NCBI GenBank assembly: GCA_026413685.1 | Contig: JAOAKK010000001.1 | Location: forward strand, 1-47,850 | DNA from: Candidatus Micrarchaeota archaeon | Lineage (GTDB): Archaea > Micrarchaeota > Micrarchaeia > CAILAH01 | Length of the DNA: 47,850 nt | Direction of reading: 5' to 3' | In this document: positions 41,743 through 47,850 of the stretch, one piece after another | Position numbering within the stretch: the first letter of the stretch is position 1 | How the letters are laid out: each line of letters starts with the position of its first letter | Made by a program: the position numbers and the translations under genes | The notes under the pieces: generated by a model | Seen by the model: the letters and a program-made list of their open reading frames with translations, nothing else | Told to the model about the DNA's origin: nothing | Databases searched by the model: none

Positions 41743-41983
41743 TAATCCATTTAATATGCAATTCTTTAAGCAAAGTTACGTGGCAAACTTGGCCTTTTTA
41801 TACTTTCAGGGAAGTGGCACCTTGCAGTGGCATGCAACCTTACTGCCCTGAGAGGAGGCGAGCGCAAGCCGTTGGGCAACAGCTCTGGCAGGGCAATCAC
41901 ACTGCAGGGTCTCATGGGCGTGGTAATTCACTTTAAAAACTTTCACTTTTCAATATTCATGTCTCCTTTTATTGGTGAGATTG

Positions 41984-42613
41984 ATGGAGCAGAATTTTGA
42001 CCCTAAGAAAGGCACAACCACTGTAGGGTTGGTTGGAAAGGATGGAGTGGTGCTTGCAGCAGACATGCGCGCCAGTATGGGCTATTTTATTGCGAACAGG
42101 GAAGTTGAGAAAATCCACAAGCTTGATGAGCATGTTGGAATGACAATAGCAGGTAGCGTGGGTGATGCGCAGGCGCTTGTGCGCTATATGCAGGCAGAGC
42201 TTAAGCTATTCAGGCTTCAGAACGGCCAGCCAATGCCGGTTAAGGGTGTTTCAACACTGCTTTCAAACATCCTGTTCCAGCAGAAGTTTTTCCCGTTCCT
42301 TGTACAGCTGCTTGTTGCCGGCTATGATGAGAAGGGCGGCTCGATATACAACCTTGACCCGGTTGGTGGTGTCACCACGGAGAAGTGCACATCCACGGGG
42401 AGCGGGTCGCCGACAGCGCTCGGTTACCTTGAGAGTGTTTACAAGGAGGACATGAAGGTTGACGAGCTGCTTCCAATAGCAGCAAGGGCGATTGCAATCG
42501 CAATGAAGCGCGATATTGCAACAGGTGACGGCATAGCCCTTGTCTCTATAACCTCTAAGGGGTACAGGTCGTATTCTAAAGAGGAAGTACAATCTTTACT
42601 TTCTTCCCACTAA
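41984..42613 (+). CDS. psmB: Proteasome beta subunit
   Basis: Short propeptide then the catalytic Thr: KKG|TTTVGLVGKDGVVLAADMRAS. GSGS motif. Confidence 0.92.
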   Translation: MEQNFDPKKGTTTVGLVGKDGVVLAADMRASMGYFIANREVEKIHKLDEHVGMTIAGSVGDAQALVRYMQAELKLFRLQNGQPMPVKGVSTLLSNILFQQKFFPFLVQLLVAGYDEKGGSIYNLDPVGGVTTEKCTSTGSGSPTALGYLESVYKEDMKVDELLPIAARAIAIAMKRDIATGDGIALVSITSKGYRSYSKEEVQSLLSSH

Positions 42614-42659
42614 CTTTTTTGGGACAGTATACTAATTCAATCACTGAGGTGCATTTTAG

Positions 42660-44564
42660 ATGGATAAGGCAGAACTTAAGAAGAAGGCAGAAGAGCTGCT
42701 GCCGCCCGCATGCGGCCTTGTAAAGATAGAGCTTGAGGGGCCGGATGTGGCGATATACCTTACAGACCCAGCGCCGTTCTATGAGAGCGAGGAGGCGATG
42801 AAGAACCTCTCCCGTGGGTTGCGCAAGAAAATCCTGGTTCGCTGCGATGCGCCCGTGCGCAAGCCGCCCGAGGAAACGCTAGCGCTTGTGCGCAGCCTGA
42901 TTCCTGAAGAGGCAGGGGTGGGCGAGAATGACATCACGTTTATCCCTGAATTTGGGGAGATTGTCATAAACGCGCTCAAGCCGGGCCTTGTGATAGGCAA
43001 AGGTGGTGCCAACCTGAAGGAGATAATGATAAAGACTGGGTGGAGCGCGCGTGTCCAGCGCTCGCCGACCATTCCATCAAACATTATACGCGGCATTCGC
43101 GGCTCTGAAGCGCAGACGGCAAGCGAGCGCAAGCGATTTCTGGGCAACTTTGGCAAGAAGGTTAACGTTTCGCAGGCCGAAGGTGATATTGAATGGGTCA
43201 AGGCAGTAGCTTTAGGGGCGTTCAAAGAGATAGGCCGCTCCTGCCTTCTTGTGCAGACGAACAAGGAGAACGTCATTATAGATGTTGGGATGAACAATGA
43301 TACCACAGACCCAAACCGCGCATACCCTTACCTGAGCAGTATGGGGCTGACCATAGAGGACATAGATGCAGTCATCATCTCACACGCGCATACAGACCAC
43401 AGCGGCTTCCTGCCATACCTGTTCAAGCTTGGGTATGATGGCCCTGTATTCTGCACGCCGCCCACGCGCGACCTGATGACATTATTGCAGTTTGACATAA
43501 TAAAAGTTCTCAACATGACAGGAAAAGAGCCACCATACTCAGATTCAGATGTGCGCAAGACAGTGGCACACACAATAACACGAAATTACAATGAGGTTAC
43601 TGACATTACGCCCCATATGAAGCTCACGTTCAGGAATGCTGGCCACATCCTCGGCAGTGCAACCGTGCACTTGCACATTGGGAACGGCAAGCACAACCTG
43701 GTGTATTCTGGTGACATACGTTATACCCCCTCCACGCTGTTTGAGCCTGCAGACACGCTGTTCCCCCGTGTCGAGACACTCTTCATCGAGAGCACATACG
43801 GTGCAAAGAACGACGTGATGCCACGCTCATATGAGAGGGACCAGAACTTATGGGATTCCGCAATGGCCACACTGAAGAATGGCGGCAAGGTGCTCATTCC
43901 CGTGTTTTCGGTCGGCCGTTCGCAGGAGGTAATGCTCACGCTTGAGAAATTTGTGCGTGGCAAGGAGGCGGACTTCCCCTATAAGGTATACCTTGACGGC
44001 ATGATTCTTGAGACGACGGCATTCCACACAGCGTACCCAGAGTACCTCAAGAAAGGCATCCAGCGCAGGATACTTTCAGATGAATCGCCGTTTGAGTCGC
44101 CCATATTCGAGCCCGTGAAAAAGAACAGGCAGGAGATAGTTGATGGTGAGCCGTGCATAATACTTGCACCGTCCGGCATGCTTACAGGGGGCCCATCATT
44201 TGAGTACTTGAAGATGCTTGCGGAGAATCCTAAGAACGCGCTGTTCTTTGTAGGCTACCAGTCACCAACGTCAATCGGCAGGAGGATACAGAACGGTGAG
44301 AAAGAGCTCCAGGTGTCAGATGAGCACGGCAGGATAAGAAACCTCCAGCTTAATATGCAGCACAAGACGATAGAAGGGTTCTCAGGCCACTCAGACCGCA
44401 GGCAGCTTATCGCATTTGTGAGGGATATGAGGCAGAATTACAGGAACATATTCACGATGCACGGTGAGCAGGGCAAATGCGAGGATATGGCGCATACGCT
44501 CAGTTACATCTTCAAGACAGAGGCACGTGCGCCGATGAACTTAGATGGGTTTAGGGTAGCTTAA
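42660..44564 (+). CDS. aCPSF1 (KH-domain beta-CASP metallo-beta-lactamase ribonuclease)
   Basis: N-terminal KH (GKGGANLKEI), MBL motif ISHAHTDHSGFLP, beta-CASP region. 634 aa. Confidence 0.9.
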   Translation: MDKAELKKKAEELLPPACGLVKIELEGPDVAIYLTDPAPFYESEEAMKNLSRGLRKKILVRCDAPVRKPPEETLALVRSLIPEEAGVGENDITFIPEFGEIVINALKPGLVIGKGGANLKEIMIKTGWSARVQRSPTIPSNIIRGIRGSEAQTASERKRFLGNFGKKVNVSQAEGDIEWVKAVALGAFKEIGRSCLLVQTNKENVIIDVGMNNDTTDPNRAYPYLSSMGLTIEDIDAVIISHAHTDHSGFLPYLFKLGYDGPVFCTPPTRDLMTLLQFDIIKVLNMTGKEPPYSDSDVRKTVAHTITRNYNEVTDITPHMKLTFRNAGHILGSATVHLHIGNGKHNLVYSGDIRYTPSTLFEPADTLFPRVETLFIESTYGAKNDVMPRSYERDQNLWDSAMATLKNGGKVLIPVFSVGRSQEVMLTLEKFVRGKEADFPYKVYLDGMILETTAFHTAYPEYLKKGIQRRILSDESPFESPIFEPVKKNRQEIVDGEPCIILAPSGMLTGGPSFEYLKMLAENPKNALFFVGYQSPTSIGRRIQNGEKELQVSDEHGRIRNLQLNMQHKTIEGFSGHSDRRQLIAFVRDMRQNYRNIFTMHGEQGKCEDMAHTLSYIFKTEARAPMNLDGFRVA

Positions 44565-44710
44565 AGTTTCGTCTGAGCGTAAAAATATGTAAAATTTTAC
44601 CTTTTTTTAAAAATTATTACGTATTTTTTTGCATTTTTGATGTAGATACCAAATAATATACCCCTAACACAGTAGCATTTATAAAAATAGACTTCTTTAA
44701 TTCAAATGCA

Positions 44711-45238
44711 ATGCAAATATTGTCTATTGAGAAGAAGCACTTGAAGCAGTTCAGCCCAGCAGTTATGAGGGAGCTTAAGAAAAAAGGGCTTTCATTATAC
44801 TTTAACCCTAAAGACTTAACAGTTGAGTTTGAGTCAGAGGATCCGTTTATTGAGCTTAAGGGCAAGGATGTCCTTATTGCGCTTGGCACTGGAGGTGTCC
44901 CTTATAGGGATGCGCTGCGGCTGTTCTCTGATGAGCTCATACTTAAAGTTGTTGATATATCTGAAATCAGCGGTGATAACGAGCGTGATGTGCATAGGAT
45001 AATGGCGCGCATCATAGGCACTGACGGCAAGACAAAGAAGATAATAGAGCAGATTACCGAGGTAAGCATGACTGTCCAGGAGAGCAGGATATACCTGATA
45101 GGCACGCTTGAAGGAGTCAGCCTGGCTTCCGATGCGATTGATGCAATCGTAAGGGGCGCACCGCACAAGAAGGTGTACCGCCTGCTCGAGAGCGGCAGGA
45201 GAAAAATCCGGGAAGAGAAGATGAAGCTTTGGAAATAG
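44711..45238 (+). CDS. Double-KH-domain protein (archaeal Dim2/Pno1-like)
   Basis: ARIIGTDGKTKKIIEQITEV (GxxG KH motif). About 175 aa. Confidence 0.65.
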   Translation: MQILSIEKKHLKQFSPAVMRELKKKGLSLYFNPKDLTVEFESEDPFIELKGKDVLIALGTGGVPYRDALRLFSDELILKVVDISEISGDNERDVHRIMARIIGTDGKTKKIIEQITEVSMTVQESRIYLIGTLEGVSLASDAIDAIVRGAPHKKVYRLLESGRRKIREEKMKLWK

Positions 45239-45248
45239 GTGAGTGGAG

Positions 45249-46952
45249 ATGGCTACAAACGAAACACCCCCAACAAAAAACGGGAATAACGGCTTGAAAT
45301 CCGCAGAGGAGATTTTTGAGGAGTTCAAGGAGCATTCTGTTGCGGAGTTCTTTACCAAGAACAAGCAGATGCTCGGGTTCTCCGGGAAGATTCGCTCCCT
45401 GACCACTGTAATACACGAGTATGTGACAAACAGCCTTGACGCATGTGAAGAGGCCGGCATACTCCCTGACATTACTGTCAAGATAACGGCAGTGCAGGAT
45501 GAGCATTACCTTGTTAGGGTAACTGATAACGGCCCAGGCATCCCGCTTGACCATATAGGGCGCGCGCTCGGTATGATGCTTTCAGGGACGAAGTTCCACA
45601 GGTATATGCAGCAGAGGGGGCAGCAGGGGATTGGTGCAACCGGCTGCACGATGTTTGCACAGCTCACTTCAGGCAAGCCCATACACATCCGCTCATCGAC
45701 CGGCAACGGCAAAGTGTACGAGTGCAATGTCTCGGTCAACATCAAGACCAATGCACCGCACGTTACTGATGTGCAGGAGTATGAGGGTGACTTTAGGGGC
45801 CTGGAGATAATGGCAGAGTTCGCTGATGTGAAATATGACCGCAGTGAATACAGCCCGCTTGAGTATCTTAAGAGGACAGCGATTGCAAACCCACACGCTG
45901 AGATAATGTTCACCGACCCTGAAGGCAGGAAGATCCGTTTCCCGCGTGTTTCTGAGGTTCTTCCCCAGAGGCCTGTTGAGGTGCAGCCACACCCGCTTGG
46001 CATTGAGGCGCATACCCTTTATGAGATGCTGCGTGCAACACCTGCCCGCAAGGTCAGCTCTTTCCTTACAACAGAGCTCGCGCGGGTCACGCCGTCAAAG
46101 GTTGAAGAGCTGCGTGCCGTGCTGCCGCAGTTTGATTTTGATATGGCACCAAAGGACGTTACGTGGGAGGATGCGCGCCGGCTCGTGGCCGCATTCAAAA
46201 AGGTTAAGTGGGTAGCGCCATCCGCAGATGGGCTGCGCCCAATCGGCAACGAGCAGATTGAGATTTCACTGCGTAGCCTGCTCAACCCTGAATTTTTATC
46301 AGTGCGCTCACGCCCGCCGAAGGTATACCGTGGAGGTGTGCCTTTCATAATAGAGGTTGCAATCTGCTACGGTGGCAAGTCGGGGACGCGCACAGAATCC
46401 GGCACGGTAAGCGGTGAGATTATGAGGTTCGCAAACCGCTCACCGCTGCTGTTTGATGCGGGCGGATGTGCAATCACCAAGGCTGTGAAAAGTGTGGATT
46501 GGAGGAGGTATGAGCTGCAAGACTTTGACAGCACACCTGTGACGGTTTTTGTGAACATAGTATCAGCGTTCGTGCCGTATACAGGTGCAGGCAAGCAGTC
46601 AATAGCCGCTGAGCCGGAGGTCCTTGATGAGATTAAGTTTGCAGTAATGGATGTTGCGCGTGACTTGCAGCGCTACCTGGCTGGCAAGGTCCGTGAGGAG
46701 ACAAAGGCAACAAAAAGGAAAGCGATTATGCGGTATATCCAGCTCCTTGCAGAGAACCTGCCGCTGCTTGCAAACACAGGGCAGAAGGAGGAGCTTGAGA
46801 AGAAGCTTACTTTCCTTGTGTTTGAGAAGTTCAAGGCGGATGAAGCTGAGGAGGAGAAGAAGGAAAAGAAGACGCGCGTGATTATGGAAGAGGAGGGAGG
46901 CCAGCCAGCGGCTGATGATGGCAAGATTGAGTTTGATGAGGAGGATATGTGA
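45249..46952 (+). CDS. top6B: DNA topoisomerase VI subunit B
   Basis: Bergerat-fold boxes HEYVTNSLDACEEAG, DNGPGI, GQQGIGATG. Acidic C-terminal tail. Confidence 0.92.
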   Translation: MATNETPPTKNGNNGLKSAEEIFEEFKEHSVAEFFTKNKQMLGFSGKIRSLTTVIHEYVTNSLDACEEAGILPDITVKITAVQDEHYLVRVTDNGPGIPLDHIGRALGMMLSGTKFHRYMQQRGQQGIGATGCTMFAQLTSGKPIHIRSSTGNGKVYECNVSVNIKTNAPHVTDVQEYEGDFRGLEIMAEFADVKYDRSEYSPLEYLKRTAIANPHAEIMFTDPEGRKIRFPRVSEVLPQRPVEVQPHPLGIEAHTLYEMLRATPARKVSSFLTTELARVTPSKVEELRAVLPQFDFDMAPKDVTWEDARRLVAAFKKVKWVAPSADGLRPIGNEQIEISLRSLLNPEFLSVRSRPPKVYRGGVPFIIEVAICYGGKSGTRTESGTVSGEIMRFANRSPLLFDAGGCAITKAVKSVDWRRYELQDFDSTPVTVFVNIVSAFVPYTGAGKQSIAAEPEVLDEIKFAVMDVARDLQRYLAGKVREETKATKRKAIMRYIQLLAENLPLLANTGQKEELEKKLTFLVFEKFKADEAEEEKKEKKTRVIMEEEGGQPAADDGKIEFDEEDM

Positions 46953-46966
46953 ATTAGGTGATATTT

Positions 46967-47850
46967 ATGGCAAAAGAAAAGAACACAGATGAGAGGACAA
47001 CACTTGCGTATAACAAGCTCGTATCGCTTGGCAGGGAGATGGTAAGTGAGATAAGCTCAAATGAGTCACCATCATTCCTGACGCCTGTGCGCTCCCGCTC
47101 GAATGTAAAGTCGGACCCTGAGACAGGTGCACTTTACCTTGGGGATGCAAAGGAGAGGCGCACGTTCGTGCACGTGTCGCAGGCAAAGAAGTTCATGCAG
47201 ACGGTGGCAATCGCCGCAAAGCTGAAATCTTTCCTCGAGCAGGGGCTGCACACTTCAATCAGGGGCCTTTATTACCAGCTCAAGTTTACGATTGGTGAGG
47301 ATGTTGATGAGGAGCTGTTCAGTGAGCAGTCAGAGTCAAACCCGCTCATAGAAGATTTGGAGGCTGCGCTTGACCTGAAGCGTGAGGATTTCAACCTGTC
47401 AACTGACAGGAAAGGCGTAGTTGCAGGAAACATGATAATCAAGGACAAGTTTGGCGGTGAGGAAAACATAATCGATGCGTCAAAGCAGGGCCGTTCAGGC
47501 TGGATGATACCGAGTGATGTTGATAACGGCATGGAATTTGTGGATATAGATGCGGATTACGTGCTTGTTGTTGAAAAAGATGCGCTTTGGCAGAGGCTTA
47601 ATGAGGATAAGTTCTGGAAGAAGAACAACTGTATCCTCATCACACCTAAAGGGCAGGCGTCACGCGGCACACGCCGCCTAATCCGCAAGCTTGCTGACCG
47701 CAACCTCCCAATATACGTGTTTACAGATTGCGATGCGTGGGGATGGTATATTTACTGGGCGATTAAGACCGGCTCAATGAACCTTGCATACCTTTCAAAG
47801 AGCCTTGCAACACCTGAGGCCAAGTTCATAGGTGTGACGATGAGTGATAT
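46967..47850 (+). CDS. top6A: DNA topoisomerase VI subunit A (Spo11 family), 3' end cut by window edge
   Basis: Hand-translated from ATG 46967. Catalytic Tyr region SIRGLYYQLK, Toprim Glu (LVVEKDA) and DxD (VFTDCDAWG). There is no stop before the window end, which explains its absence from the ORF track. Confidence 0.9.
   Translation, partial: MAKEKNTDERTTLAYNKLVSLGREMVSEISSNESPSFLTPVRSRSNVKSDPETGALYLGDAKERRTFVHVSQAKKFMQTVAIAAKLKSFLEQGLHTSIRGLYYQLKFTIGEDVDEELFSEQSESNPLIEDLEAALDLKREDFNLSTDRKGVVAGNMIIKDKFGGEENIIDASKQGRSGWMIPSDVDNGMEFVDIDADYVLVVEKDALWQRLNEDKFWKKNNCILITPKGQASRGTRRLIRKLADRNLPIYVFTDCDAWGWYIYWAIKTGSMNLAYLSKSLATPEAKFIGVTMSD

Noticed and set aside
1-47850. CRISPR arrays, tandem repeats, IS elements, prophage structural genes, toxin-antitoxin or restriction-modification cassettes
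   Set aside because: Visual scanning found no spaced direct repeats, no terminal inverted repeats flanking transposase-like ORFs, and no recognisable defence-system motifs. A computational repeat search would be needed to exclude short or degenerate repeats.

Overview
This window is a gene-dense archaeal chromosome segment with about 55 protein genes, 4 tRNAs and an SRP RNA. I saw no CRISPR array, transposase, integrase or 16S/23S rRNA. Archaeal hallmarks include TFB, aIF5A, S24e/S27ae, Kae1, Pth2, aCPSF1, a proteasome beta subunit, Topo VI A/B, NurA, class III (pilin-type) signal peptides, and TATA boxes about 22 nt upstream of start codons, which suggests leaderless mRNAs. Mid-40s %GC, tRNA introns outside the canonical position and a reduced housekeeping repertoire suggest a DPANN/Micrarchaeota (ARMAN-like) genome. 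That assignment is an inference and was not verified.

Layout:
- 1-15.2 kb: a cofactor super-cluster. It holds sufBCD-sufS-sufU, the split lipoate ligase lplB/lplA, E3, E2, E1beta, E1alpha and lipA. Membrane-protein genes and an uncharacterised DUF3326-like gene pair interrupt it.
- 15.3-18 kb: a deaminase, an arsR-glutaredoxin pair, two pilin-like genes and an ACT-domain protein.
- 18.06-18.71 kb: an RNA cluster of tRNA-Ser, SRP RNA and a two-intron tRNA-Leu.
- 18.9-22.5 kb: a 1,218-aa membrane protein with a coiled-coil region, a zinc ribbon and a C-terminal Roadblock/LC7-like domain.
- 22.5-31.4 kb: housekeeping genes, plus a tRNA-Asp with a T-loop intron and a kinase-dCMP deaminase fusion.
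- 31.5-37.9 kb: an accessory-looking patch with two paralogous HExxHH metalloprotease-like proteins, tRNA-Cys with a 115-nt intron, an SLT lytic-transglycosylase-like protein and a Cys-rich surface protein.
- 38-47.85 kb: housekeeping genes, ending in a 3'-truncated top6A.

All family calls come from reading motifs by eye. No database search was run.
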